Below, piece by piece: positions 1-8,822 of a stretch of DNA of 44,401 bases. The notes beneath the pieces are model-generated. The model saw nothing but the letters and a program-made list of their open reading frames with translations, was not told the origin of the DNA and did not search any database. The stretch's first letter is position 1. The number at the start of each line of letters is the position of its first letter. Source of the stretch: an uncultured Rhodocyclaceae bacterium (GTDB taxonomy: Bacteria; Pseudomonadota; Gammaproteobacteria; Burkholderiales; Ga0077523); NCBI GenBank assembly GCA_964510915.1, contig CAZEDA010000002.1, positions 1-44,401 on the forward strand, written 5' to 3'. The translations under genes were made by a program, and so were the position numbers.

Positions 1-2
1 CC

Positions 3-1178
3 GACCCGGACCACTTCCTGCGGTTTGCCCGTCGGCGGTGGCCTTCCGCCATGGCGGGGGATTTCCTCCCCCGGGCCACCTACGGAGACTACCTGGAGCG
101 CCTCCTCCGGGACGCTGTGCGGGCGTGTGCGGGCACTGCCGAATGCATCGAGGATTCGGTCGACGGGATTCACCCTGGAGGCCCCAGTGACCGGTTTCAC
201 GTCGCTCTCCGTTCGGGCAGGCGTCTGGAAGCCGACTCGGTCGTGCTGGCGACCGGCAACTTCCCGCCAGCGGATCCCCTCGACCGGTTCCCTGCGCCGT
301 CCGATGCGACCCGTTATGTGCGGGATGCCTGGGCCCCGGGTGCGCTCTCCGGCGTCATGTCGGGAGAGCGGATCCTGCTGATCGGCTCCGGGCTCACTGC
401 GCTGGACGTCGCCCTGTCGGTTCACGCGAGGGGGGCGGGCCACATCGACTGCGTGTCTCGTCACGGCTGGACGCCTCTGGCCCATCGTGTGCCGACGCTG
501 CCCTCCCGCGCGACACCGGTGCAGGAGCGCATCCTGGCCGTGCCGCCGACAGTGCGCGGCTATCTCCGCTGTCTGCGCGACACCGCCGCAGAGGTCGAAC
601 GTGATCATGGGCAGGACTGGCGGGATGTCGTAGGCGGGATCCGTCCGATCACACCCCGCCTCTGGGAGCGGCTGCCACTCGCGGAAAAGCGGCGCTTCCT
701 CCGTCATCTGCGAACGCTGTGGGACGTCCACCGGCACCGGTGTGCGCATACCGCGGCGACGTCGTTTACCGGCCTGGTCGCGCAGGGGCTGCTCGACATG
801 CATGCCGGACGGATCGCCGCCGTATCGTGGGAAAGCGATGGCGTGGAGGTGGTGCTGCAGGGCCGGGACGGCAGCTCCGTGGTCCTGCGAGCGGACCGCA
901 TCGTCAACTGCACCGGGCCTCAAGGCGATCCCGCGAGGATCGACGACCCGCTGGTGAAGGCGCTCGTCGCCGGCGGAACGATCGTCCCGGACGACCTCGG
1001 GTTGGGCATCGCCACCGACGCCGACGGGCAGGCCGTCGATGCGAACGGCCACGTCGTCCGGGGCCTCTTCGTCGTGGGCCCGGCCCTGCGGGCCCGTGAC
1101 TGGGAGGCGACGGCAGTCCCGGAGCTCCGTGTCCTGGCGGAACGTACCGCCGCTGCGGTTTTGCAGACCACCTCCTGA
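3..1178 (+). CDS. FAD/NAD(P)-binding oxidoreductase (YdhS-like family), 5' end outside window
   Basis: ORF 51..1178 stays open in the same frame to the window edge (DPDHFLRFARRRW precedes the first Met). It has an internal dinucleotide-binding motif, ILLIGSGLTALDVALSV. The N-terminal GxGxxG expected for this family is absent, so the gene is truncated at its 5' side. Confidence 0.65.
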   Translation, partial: DPDHFLRFARRRWPSAMAGDFLPRATYGDYLERLLRDAVRACAGTAECIEDSVDGIHPGGPSDRFHVALRSGRRLEADSVVLATGNFPPADPLDRFPAPSDATRYVRDAWAPGALSGVMSGERILLIGSGLTALDVALSVHARGAGHIDCVSRHGWTPLAHRVPTLPSRATPVQERILAVPPTVRGYLRCLRDTAAEVERDHGQDWRDVVGGIRPITPRLWERLPLAEKRRFLRHLRTLWDVHRHRCAHTAATSFTGLVAQGLLDMHAGRIAAVSWESDGVEVVLQGRDGSSVVLRADRIVNCTGPQGDPARIDDPLVKALVAGGTIVPDDLGLGIATDADGQAVDANGHVVRGLFVVGPALRARDWEATAVPELRVLAERTAAAVLQTTS

Positions 1179-1296
1179 CGAGCCTTGTCGTGCGCGGCGG
1201 TCTGCCGTATCTGCATGCAGTTTGGGTTTTCCGGGGGTCTTCGGCGGTGGATTTCTGGTATCTTCGAATGATTACCAGGGGTTTGCGGGAGACAAG
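1179..1296 (+). promoter_or_regulatory. Intergenic leader, candidate promoter for the rSAM/kinase/E1 operon
   Basis: 118-bp gap with locally lower GC. There is an extended -10-like TGGTATCTT at 1256..1264 and a GGGAGA Shine-Dalgarno-like element just upstream of the ATG at 1297. I found no convincing -35. Confidence 0.2.
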
Positions 1297-2802
1297 ATGC
1301 CGAAAGCATCGATCGATGTGCTGATGGTCAATCCGGGCAGCCGGACAGCCGTCTACCAGAAGCTGGGAGACACCTTTTCCGCCATCGAGCCGCCGTCACT
1401 GGCCGGCCTGTTCGCCGAATACCTCCGCCGCAAGGGCATGTCGGTCGCGATCATCGACGCGCCCGCCCACAATCTGAGTCCCGAGGACGTCGCGCGCAGC
1501 GTGCGGGAGGATTTCGACCCCGCGCTCATCGTCATGGTCGTCTACGGCTTCCAGCCTTCCGCGTCCACGCAGAACATGCCTGCCGCCGGTGAGACATGCC
1601 GGGCCATCAAGGCGCTCGATCCCGGATACCGGATCATGATGACCGGCACCCATCCGGCGGCCCTCCCGGAAAGAACGATGCGGGAGGAGGACATCGACTA
1701 CGTGTGCGACCGCGAAGGGCCGGAGACGATCCTCGCGACAGTCCAGGCCATCAAGCAGCGCGCCACCGATCTCACGCACATTCCCAGCCTCTGGTACCGG
1801 CAGGACGGCGCCATCCGCTCCAACGCGCCCGGTCCCCTCATGGACGATCTCGACAACGAGATGCCCGGTGTGGCCTGGGACCTGCTGCCGATGGAGAAGT
1901 ACCGCGCCCACAACTGGCACTGCTTCGAGCACATCGACCAGCGCAGCCCGTACGTGTCGATGCATACCAGCCTCGGCTGTCCTTACAAGTGCACCTTCTG
2001 CTGCATCAACGCGCCCTTCGGCAAGCCTTCGTATCGCATGTGGTCCCCGGACAGTGTCATCCGCGAGATCGACATCCTCGTCAACAAGTACGGCGTCAAG
2101 AACATCAAGTTCGTCGACGAGATGTTCGTGCTCAACAAGGCTCACGTCATCGGCATCTGCGATCGCATCATCGAGCGCGGCTACGACCTCAACATCTGGG
2201 CATACGCCCGGGTCGACACGGTGAAGGACGAATTCCTCGACAAGCTGAACCGCGCCGGCTTCCGCTGGCTGGCGCTCGGCATCGAATCCGGCAGCAAGCA
2301 CGTGCGGGATGGCGTCGAGAAGGGACGATTCGGTTCGGCAGAGATCATCCAGGTGGTCCGCAAGATCCAGGATGCCGGAATGAACGTGATCGGCAACTAC
2401 ATCTTCGGCCTGCCGGACGACACCTACGAGTCCATGGAGGACACGCTCAACCTCGCCATCGAGGCCAACTGCGAGTTCGCGAACTTCTACTGCGCCATGG
2501 CGTACCCGGGCTCCAAGCTCTACGGTCTTGCCGAGGCCAACGGGTGGGATCTGCCACCGACCTGGATCGGGTACTCACAGCACAGCTACGAGTGCTTCCC
2601 GCTGCGGACGGACGCTCTCACGAACGCGCAGGTGCTCAAGTTCCGGGACGAGGCCTTCCATCGCTATTTCACGAATCAGCGCTATCTGGATCTCGTGGAG
2701 AAGAAGTTCGGCCCGAAGGTCCTCGCCCATGTTCGCGAGATGACCGCGATCAAGCTGCGGCGCCAGCTCTACGCCGAGGATGCCCTGGCCGTACCCGCCT
2801 GA
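1297..2802 (+). CDS. B12-binding (class B) radical SAM enzyme
   Basis: The ATG at 1297 (MPKASIDVLMVNPG) is preceded by GGGAGA. The N-terminal Rossmann-like cobalamin-binding region (VAIIDAP...IVMVVYGFQPS) is followed by the radical SAM cluster motif CPYKCTFC (CxxxCxxC). The 5' part of track ORF 1039..2802 overlaps the upstream gene and has junk composition. Confidence 0.9.
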   Translation: MPKASIDVLMVNPGSRTAVYQKLGDTFSAIEPPSLAGLFAEYLRRKGMSVAIIDAPAHNLSPEDVARSVREDFDPALIVMVVYGFQPSASTQNMPAAGETCRAIKALDPGYRIMMTGTHPAALPERTMREEDIDYVCDREGPETILATVQAIKQRATDLTHIPSLWYRQDGAIRSNAPGPLMDDLDNEMPGVAWDLLPMEKYRAHNWHCFEHIDQRSPYVSMHTSLGCPYKCTFCCINAPFGKPSYRMWSPDSVIREIDILVNKYGVKNIKFVDEMFVLNKAHVIGICDRIIERGYDLNIWAYARVDTVKDEFLDKLNRAGFRWLALGIESGSKHVRDGVEKGRFGSAEIIQVVRKIQDAGMNVIGNYIFGLPDDTYESMEDTLNLAIEANCEFANFYCAMAYPGSKLYGLAEANGWDLPPTWIGYSQHSYECFPLRTDALTNAQVLKFRDEAFHRYFTNQRYLDLVEKKFGPKVLAHVREMTAIKLRRQLYAEDALAVPA

Positions 2803-2859
2803 TCGCACAGCGGTACGGGTGCGCATCGGACTGAACAACCGGTTGCAGGTAGCTGAACG

Positions 2860-3855
2860 TTGATCATCACAAGAACACCCTTTCGAATCTCCTTCTTCGG
2901 CGGCGGAACCGACTATCCCGCGTGGTACAGGAACAACGGCGGGGCCGTGCTTGCGACGACGATCGACAAGTACTGCTATGTGTCCTGCCGCTACCTGCCG
3001 CCGTTCTTCGAGCACAAGCACCGCATCGTCTACTCGAAGATCGAGAACGTGCAGTCGGTCGACGAGATCGTCCACCCGGCGGTCCGCGCGATCCTCGCGG
3101 ACATGGGGCCCGACCGCGGGCTGGAGATCCACCACGATGGCGACCTGCCTGCGCGTTCCGGCCTCGGTTCGAGTTCCTCGTTCACCGTCGGGCTCGTCCA
3201 CACGCTGATGGCACTGCAGGGCAAGTACGCCTCGAAGGATTTCCTTGCCGCGCAGGCCATCCGCCTCGAACAGGACGTGATGAAGGAGCATGTCGGCTCG
3301 CAGGACCAGGTGTCCGCGGCCTACGGCGGGTTCAACATCATCGAGTTCACACGGGACGATCACTTCATCGTGAGCCCGATGATCCTGCCGCGGGGGCGCA
3401 CCGAAGAACTCCAGAGCCATCTGATGCTGTTCTTCACCGGGTTGTCCCGGTTCGCGTCGGACGTCGCGAAGTCCAAGATCGACAACTTTGGCAAGAAGGA
3501 AAAGGAGCTCACCCGCATGGGGGAGATGGTGACGGAAGCCATCATGATCCTTCAGGGCCAGCAGAGCTCCGTGCTCGAGTTCGGGCAGCTGCTCGCCGAA
3601 GCCTGGGAGTACAAGCGCTCGCTGTCGGACAAGGTGTCCACGCCCGAGATCGACGAGATCTACACGGCGGGCCGCCGCGCCGGCGCCATTGGCGGAAAGC
3701 TGCTCGGCGCGGGCGGCGGGGGATTCCTGCTGCTGTTCGCCAAGCCGGAGGACCAGCCTGCAGTACGCGCTGCGCTGAAGAACCTGGTGCACGTGCCTTT
3801 CCGGTTCGAGAACGCCGGCAGCCGGGTCGTGCTTTACCAGCCGAACGGCCTCTGA
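2860..3855 (+). CDS. GHMP-family sugar kinase (COG2605 type; HddA/WcbL-like D-glycero-alpha-D-manno-heptose 7-phosphate kinase candidate)
   Basis: TTG start. The N-terminus MIITRTPFRISFFGGGTDYPAWY is characteristic of this kinase family. It carries the GHMP motif II LPARSGLGSSSSF and the C-terminal GKLLGAGGGGFLLLF. Confidence 0.9.
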   Translation: MIITRTPFRISFFGGGTDYPAWYRNNGGAVLATTIDKYCYVSCRYLPPFFEHKHRIVYSKIENVQSVDEIVHPAVRAILADMGPDRGLEIHHDGDLPARSGLGSSSSFTVGLVHTLMALQGKYASKDFLAAQAIRLEQDVMKEHVGSQDQVSAAYGGFNIIEFTRDDHFIVSPMILPRGRTEELQSHLMLFFTGLSRFASDVAKSKIDNFGKKEKELTRMGEMVTEAIMILQGQQSSVLEFGQLLAEAWEYKRSLSDKVSTPEIDEIYTAGRRAGAIGGKLLGAGGGGFLLLFAKPEDQPAVRAALKNLVHVPFRFENAGSRVVLYQPNGL

Positions 3856-3905
3856 GCCTCGGCGACATCCCACCAGTCACGGTTCGATCGTTCAGGGAGC
3901 ATCGA

Positions 3906-4931
3906 TTGATTCGCTATACGTACGAGGGACGCGGTTTCCAGGACTGGACCGCACGCCCGCTGCCGCTGGAACCCGACGGCCTGAGGGCGCTGCTTCGGGA
4001 CATGGTCCGCATCCGCGTGATCGAGGAAGAGATCGAGAAGCGCTATCACCAGGACCAGATGAAGACGCCGATCCATCTCGTCATCGGTCAGGAGGCGACC
4101 GCGGTGGGGTTCTGCGCGGCACTCACGCGAGAGGATCTGCTCTACAGCGGGCACCGCACTCACGGGGCCTATCTCGCCAAGGGCGGCAGTCTGGAATCGA
4201 TGCTGTGCGAGATGCATTGCCGGATCAATGGCTGCGCCGGGTCGCGTGGCGGCTCGATGCATCTCATCGACAAGAGCGTCGGGATGGTCGGCACGTCCGC
4301 CATCGTCGGTGGAGCGGTGCCCATCACGGCAGGCGCGGCGCTGTCCCTCAAGATGCGCAAGTCCGACCGCGTGGCTGCGGTGTTCCTCGGTGACGCCACC
4401 ACGGAAGAAGGCGTGGTTTCGGAAACGCTCAACTTTGCCGCGCTGAAGCGCCTGCCGATGATCTTCTTCTGCGAGAACAATTTCTACTCGGTGCAGTCGC
4501 CGCTCGTCACTCGTCAGCCCGGCCGTGATCTCACCCGCTGGGCGGCGGGGCACGATGTCGCCAGCGTGAAGGTCGACGGTACCAATGTTCTGGCCGTATA
4601 CGAAGCCGCCGTGCAGGCGGTCGAACGCGCGCGATCCGGCGGTGGCCCCACCTTCATCGAGGCCCGCGTGTACCGCTACCGGGCGCATGGCGGATCGGGC
4701 GACGACAGCAAGACGGGCTACCGGGATCTCGAGGAAGTGGCGCACTGGCAGAAGGTGGATCCGATCGACACCTACACGGATTTCCTGCTGGGCAAGGGGC
4801 TCATCGATGGCAGTACGCGGGAGCAGATGGCGGCGGCGGCACTGATCGAGACCGAGCGCGCCTTCGAGATGGCGCTCGCCAGCCCGAACCCCGAAGAGAA
4901 GGATCTCTACACCCATGTCTACAGCGACTGA
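3906..4931 (+). CDS. Thiamine-diphosphate-dependent dehydrogenase/transketolase-like E1 component, alpha subunit
   Basis: ThDP-binding motif GDATTEEGVVSETLNFAALKRLPMIFFCENN (GDG..NN type), plus IHLVIGQEATAVG and SRGGSMHL. The proposed TTG start at 3906 has GGGAG 7 nt upstream. The track ORF 2922..4931 is a run-on through the kinase gene. The start codon remains uncertain; an internal ATG (MVRIRV) is the alternative. Confidence 0.85.
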   Translation: MIRYTYEGRGFQDWTARPLPLEPDGLRALLRDMVRIRVIEEEIEKRYHQDQMKTPIHLVIGQEATAVGFCAALTREDLLYSGHRTHGAYLAKGGSLESMLCEMHCRINGCAGSRGGSMHLIDKSVGMVGTSAIVGGAVPITAGAALSLKMRKSDRVAAVFLGDATTEEGVVSETLNFAALKRLPMIFFCENNFYSVQSPLVTRQPGRDLTRWAAGHDVASVKVDGTNVLAVYEAAVQAVERARSGGGPTFIEARVYRYRAHGGSGDDSKTGYRDLEEVAHWQKVDPIDTYTDFLLGKGLIDGSTREQMAAAALIETERAFEMALASPNPEEKDLYTHVYSD

Positions 4932-4945
4932 TAAGGGGCCTTGCC

Positions 4946-5983
4946 ATGCCGTGGGATGAAGGACTCGTCAATTCGCTCGTGTATGAAGGCCCCGATCCCT
5001 CCGAGGGACGGGTATTGAGCTACGTGAAGGCCGTGAACGAGTCGCTGTCCCTGGCGCTGGAACACGACCCCGGCGTATTCGTGCTGGGACAGGGCGTAGA
5101 CGACCCGAGTGCGATGTTCGGCTGCACGCGCGGACTCCAGGAAGTCTTCGGACCCGAACGGGTGTTCGATACCCCCGTGGCCGAGGAGTCCATGATGGGG
5201 ATGTGCACCGGCGCTGCGATGAACGGCATGCGCCCGGTCTACATGCACAACCGCCCCGATTTCATCCTGCTCGCGTTCAACCAGCTCGTGACCCATGCGT
5301 CCAAGTTCCACTTCATGGACAACGGCCAGACGACTGTGCCGATGGTCGTCTGGGCGGCGATCGGTCGAGGCTGGGGGTCCGGCGCCCAGCATTCCCAGGC
5401 CATCCAGGGGCTGCTCATGGGCGTTCCCGGTCTCAAGATCGTGATGCCCAGCACGCCGGCAGATGCGAAGGGACTCCTGCTGTCTGCCATCGCCGACAAC
5501 AATCCCGTGCTGTTCTTCGAGCATCGCTGGCTCATGAAGAAGGATGGCATTGTGCCGGAGGGCTTCTATCAGGTGCCGCTCGGCAAGGGCGTTTACCGGC
5601 GGCGCGGCAAGGACCTGACCGTGGTCGGCGCCTCCCACGCCATCGAGCTGGCGGGGCAGGCGGCCACCCAGCTTGCGAAGGAAGGCATCGATGTCGAAGT
5701 TATCGACCTTCGCACGCTGAAGCCGCTCGACGAAGCGATCATCGAGGAATCCCTAAGTAAAACTGGACGTCTCGTGGTCGTGGATACGGGCTGGGCGATG
5801 GGCGGCGTCTGTGCCGAGATCGGCTGCCTGGCCGCGGAGAAGTGGTTCCACCTGCTGAAGGCGCCGATCCGCCGCATCGGGTTGCCGGATATCCCGACCC
5901 CGGCGGGGTTCACGCTGGAGCAGTTCTACTACCCGAGCGTCGATCGGATGGCGAGCACGATGCGCGAGGCCGCTGGCCGCTGA
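4946..5983 (+). CDS. E1 component beta subunit (transketolase-like pyrimidine-binding plus C-terminal domains)
   Basis: Typical E1-beta sequence: VFVLGQGVDDP, FDTPVAEESMMGMCTGAAMNGMRPV, NPVLFFEHRWL, EGIDVEVIDLRTLKPLD. It starts 15 nt after the alpha-subunit stop. Confidence 0.9.
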   Translation: MPWDEGLVNSLVYEGPDPSEGRVLSYVKAVNESLSLALEHDPGVFVLGQGVDDPSAMFGCTRGLQEVFGPERVFDTPVAEESMMGMCTGAAMNGMRPVYMHNRPDFILLAFNQLVTHASKFHFMDNGQTTVPMVVWAAIGRGWGSGAQHSQAIQGLLMGVPGLKIVMPSTPADAKGLLLSAIADNNPVLFFEHRWLMKKDGIVPEGFYQVPLGKGVYRRRGKDLTVVGASHAIELAGQAATQLAKEGIDVEVIDLRTLKPLDEAIIEESLSKTGRLVVVDTGWAMGGVCAEIGCLAAEKWFHLLKAPIRRIGLPDIPTPAGFTLEQFYYPSVDRMASTMREAAGR

Positions 5984-5998
5984 GCAAAGCCTGTGGCG

Positions 5999-6919
5999 TC
6001 AGCCGCCCTTGATGCGCGCACCCAGGAAGCCTCGCGCGGCGAGATATCGGCCGATGAACCAATACCAGAGGAACGTACGCCATTTGAGAGGTAGACCGCC
6101 GTCCATGAGAAACCGGCGCGTGTAGAGCCAGACGGCGCCTGCCACGCTCTGCGGCGCGGATCCGCCGGTTGGGGAGACATCCAACGGCACTAGCGGATGT
6201 CCGCGAATCGCGCGCATCAGCTGGTGTGAACTGGATCGCCGCGCTTCGATGAGGGCGACGAAGGTCGGGTCGTCCTTGAATCGATCTCTTCGTCTGTAGG
6301 TCTCGTCGAATTCGCTCTTTCCCACGCGGTAGTGAAGGTGCTCGAACACAACATCCGGCACATATCGCACTCGCTGGGCGCCAAGCCGTGACAGTCGCTG
6401 GAAGATGTCTACGAGATGGGAGTCGATGAACGCACCCTGATACACCGTGGGATAGGGATCGACCAGCAACTCGCAAGTGCTGCGCGACATCACGGGAAAA
6501 GTGCACCATCCGCGATTCTTGAACAGGTCGTTGCCGTAGGCCAGATAGACTTTGTCTGGAAACTCCCTGTCGACAGCGCGCAACCGCTCGTCCCAGCCCT
6601 CGGTCCGCATCACCATGTCATCGTTGGCCAGCATGATGATGTCCCCGCGTGCGCGACGTAGGCACGCGGTGTTGTAGGAGCCCATGGTGTCGGGAGGCCC
6701 GATGATGGGCGTCACCCGGAATCGGTCGTCCGTCAGGTCATGACTGCCGACATCGTCCTCATCGACATACAGGATGACTTCCACCGAGTCCAGGCGCGCG
6801 GTCGTTTCGCGAATGCTCGCGAAGAGCCGTCGCACGTGCTGCGGGCGACCGCGTGTGGGGAGCAGCAAAGAAATCATCGGGGCGCTCATGCGCACATCAC
6901 CAGAGACGCTCGGTAGCAT
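5999..6919 (-). CDS. Glycosyltransferase, GT-A fold (GT2-like)
   Basis: MISLLLPTRGRPQHVRRLFASIRETT, then VEVILYVDEDD (DxD-type) and IIMLANDD. The start could instead be the ATG at 6889 or 6877. The gene is convergent with the E1-beta gene. Confidence 0.8.
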   Translation of the reverse strand: MLPSVSGDVRMSAPMISLLLPTRGRPQHVRRLFASIRETTARLDSVEVILYVDEDDVGSHDLTDDRFRVTPIIGPPDTMGSYNTACLRRARGDIIMLANDDMVMRTEGWDERLRAVDREFPDKVYLAYGNDLFKNRGWCTFPVMSRSTCELLVDPYPTVYQGAFIDSHLVDIFQRLSRLGAQRVRYVPDVVFEHLHYRVGKSEFDETYRRRDRFKDDPTFVALIEARRSSSHQLMRAIRGHPLVPLDVSPTGGSAPQSVAGAVWLYTRRFLMDGGLPLKWRTFLWYWFIGRYLAARGFLGARIKGG

Positions 6920-7048
6920 GCGGGGGCTGATGTTCCGTCGTCATCTGTGGCCCGTCGGATCGGTGAAGGCGGGAGAGTCATCGGGCAGTTGCCGGACACC
7001 GGAAGTACAAGGCCCGGACCAGGGGAGCCGGGACGAGGAGTTCGACTC

Positions 7049-7753
7049 TCATTTCCAGCAGATCACTTCGCGAATGAACTGGAAGTAGTAGGCGGCCCCC
7101 CACTTCAATACCTGGAGTTTTCGCGTGCCTCCGATTCGCGGGGGCTCGTCGCCAGGAATCTCGGCAATCTTCAGCTTTCGCTTGGCTGCGCGTACGGACA
7201 GGAGAGGCTCCCAGCTGATCTTCGTACGGAACAACCGTTCGGCCGTGACGTAACCTTCGTCCCTGTCCAGTTCGAGCTCGTGCACAAGACTCTTCCGGTA
7301 CGCGCGGAAGATGACCATGGCGTCCGTGTAGCGGCCGCCATGCAGGAAATTCACCGTTCGAGTGAAGAGCCAGTTCCCGAAGCCGGTCACGAAGCTGTCA
7401 TCGGTGCTCTTTGCACCATCGAGGTACCGCGAGGCAATGACCATGTCGAATCCCTCGGCCATCTTGCCGATCAGATCGGGAATGAGTGCGGCGATCGAAT
7501 TGCCGTCCGGGCTGAACGTGATGATCACGTCTCCGATGACCAGCGGCATCACCTCCGTGTACGCATGCCGGAATCCGCGCTGTTTCTGTACATACACCTC
7601 GTAGCCGTTCTCACGGGACCACTCGATGGTACCGTCGGTCGAGCCGCCGTCGACGACGATGATCTGATCGCACCAGTTTCTGTCGACCTGGGGCATGATG
7701 GCCCGCATGCCGTCGATCTCGTTCAGTGTCATGACCAGCAAGGTGGTTCGCAT
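7049..7753 (-). CDS. GT2 glycosyltransferase of the polyprenyl-phosphate sugar synthase type (DPM1/GtrB/ArnC-like)
   Basis: MRTTLLVMTLNEIDGM...IIVVDGGSTDGTIEW...ITFSPDGN...VIASRY...RAYRK...EIPGDEPPRIGG. This architecture and size are typical of Und-P/Dol-P sugar synthases. The longer track ORF to 7864 adds a low-complexity N-extension. Confidence 0.8.
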   Translation of the reverse strand: MRTTLLVMTLNEIDGMRAIMPQVDRNWCDQIIVVDGGSTDGTIEWSRENGYEVYVQKQRGFRHAYTEVMPLVIGDVIITFSPDGNSIAALIPDLIGKMAEGFDMVIASRYLDGAKSTDDSFVTGFGNWLFTRTVNFLHGGRYTDAMVIFRAYRKSLVHELELDRDEGYVTAERLFRTKISWEPLLSVRAAKRKLKIAEIPGDEPPRIGGTRKLQVLKWGAAYYFQFIREVICWK

Positions 7754-7918
7754 GGGTTGGCTGATATCGGTCTGGTTGGTAACGGTTCGCCATTCTTGAA
7801 AGCGGCCCCTTGGAATGCCTGCCGTTGGGGCCGGTCGTTCCCGGAAAGGCGGGAGTGATTGCACAGCAGGGGATCGGCCAGCGGCGACTGGCAGGCCTTT
7901 CTGAATCGGAGCAAAGGC

Positions 7919-8701
7919 TCATTTCGCCAGATATCTTCGGAGCACCGGCCTCCCGAGCACGAGCAAAGTGATGATGGCCGAGGCGGTCATGACATTCACG
8001 AACAGGTCTCTCGCCTCCCCGGTCAGGACTACACTTCCCACGGAGGCGCCGATGGCGGACACGAAGAGGGCGGGCGGTGCGACGAACAGAGCTGTGGCCC
8101 AGGTGTACTGCCAGAGGCCGATCGTGCAGATGCCGAAGAACCAGTTCAGAGGGCCGAAAGGCAGCACAGGATTGATCCTGGCGAAGGCGACGGCTTTCCA
8201 TCCGGTCCGCGAGATCTCCTCGCTCAGCCAGTCCCATGCCTTTCCCCGCAGGGCACGCTGGACATGCTCCCTCAGCAGATGCCTTCCGCAGTTGAACGCA
8301 ATCAGCGCGCCGAGCGTTCCCCCCAGGACCGTATAGACCGTACCCATGCCGATGCCCCACAGGAACCCGGCGGCCAGATTCATCGGCAGTGTCGGTACCA
8401 TGGTCAGGACCATCAAGGCATACACGGCCACGAATATGATCGGGGCGGCCGTCGGATGTTGTTCGAGCAGTCGGACAAGGTGTGTCGGATCCAGCCAGCC
8501 CACATGTTTCGCCCATAGAACACTTGCGAGCGTCGCCGCGAGCATCAGAGCGAGCCAGAAGCGCTTCCGACCCAGAATGCTGGCGAGAAAGCGGAACTCA
8601 GCCTTGGCTCTCTGCATGGACTTTCCGTCATCCTCCGCATGCGACCCGGCTGGATCTGGTTCGGAAGGCGGAGGCCCGAGCGATTCGAGTTCACGCTTCA
8701 T
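7919..8701 (-). CDS. TVP38/TMEM64 (DedA-superfamily, SNARE-associated domain) integral membrane protein
   Basis: Several hydrophobic helices, and a core FLWGIGMGTVYTVLGGTLGALIAFNCGRHLLRE...RINPVLPFGPLNWFFG typical of TVP38/TMEM64. The start is uncertain: ATG 8701 (MKRELESL) or ATG 8617 (MQRAKAEF). The extension to 8836 looks non-coding. Confidence 0.8.
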   Translation of the reverse strand: MKRELESLGPPPSEPDPAGSHAEDDGKSMQRAKAEFRFLASILGRKRFWLALMLAATLASVLWAKHVGWLDPTHLVRLLEQHPTAAPIIFVAVYALMVLTMVPTLPMNLAAGFLWGIGMGTVYTVLGGTLGALIAFNCGRHLLREHVQRALRGKAWDWLSEEISRTGWKAVAFARINPVLPFGPLNWFFGICTIGLWQYTWATALFVAPPALFVSAIGASVGSVVLTGEARDLFVNVMTASAIITLLVLGRPVLRRYLAK

Positions 8702-8822
8702 TCGCACTCGCCCGTGTGGACAGGGCCAAGGGGAACCGCCTTGAGGGGTTCGCCTGCCCGACAGGCAAAGCGAGAATGCGCAACATCGGCCAATACCAGG
8801 AGATCCGAACTCGGTCGCGCGA

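Noticed and set aside
1039-1296. 5' run-on extensions of track ORFs. Examples: 1039-1296, 2922-3905, 7754-7864, 14912-15007, 17493-17825, 20097-20300, 21199-21306, 28727-29059, 29668-29859, 32985-33317, 33140-33922, 35538-36281, 36482-37252, 37036-38004, 39041-39664, 40356-40574 and 42209-42541.
   Set aside because: These extensions overlap the preceding gene in another frame and have junk composition. In each case an internal start sits exactly where the recognisable domain begins, often overlapping the upstream stop.
2575-3873. 432-aa minus-strand ORF. Similar long antisense or shadow ORFs occur at 1396-2301, 3834-4916, 12923-14896, 18067-20091, 22497-23681, 26810-28303, 26967-28784, 30367-32715, 36222-37196, 39635-40717, 40752-42479 and 42275-43363.
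   Set aside because: Each lies opposite or out of frame to an ORF with clear family motifs. Their translations are dominated by Arg/Gly/Pro/Ala/His runs with no motifs. This is the expected behaviour of non-coding frames in GC-rich DNA.
5963-6012. Imperfect inverted repeat (GGCCGCTGA...TCAGCCGCC) spanning the 15-nt gap between the convergent E1-beta and GT2 stop codons, considered as a bidirectional terminator.
   Set aside because: About 9 bp pair, with a mismatch and no flanking T/A tracts. Both arms lie largely inside coding sequence, so the complementarity may simply reflect the two stop-codon contexts.
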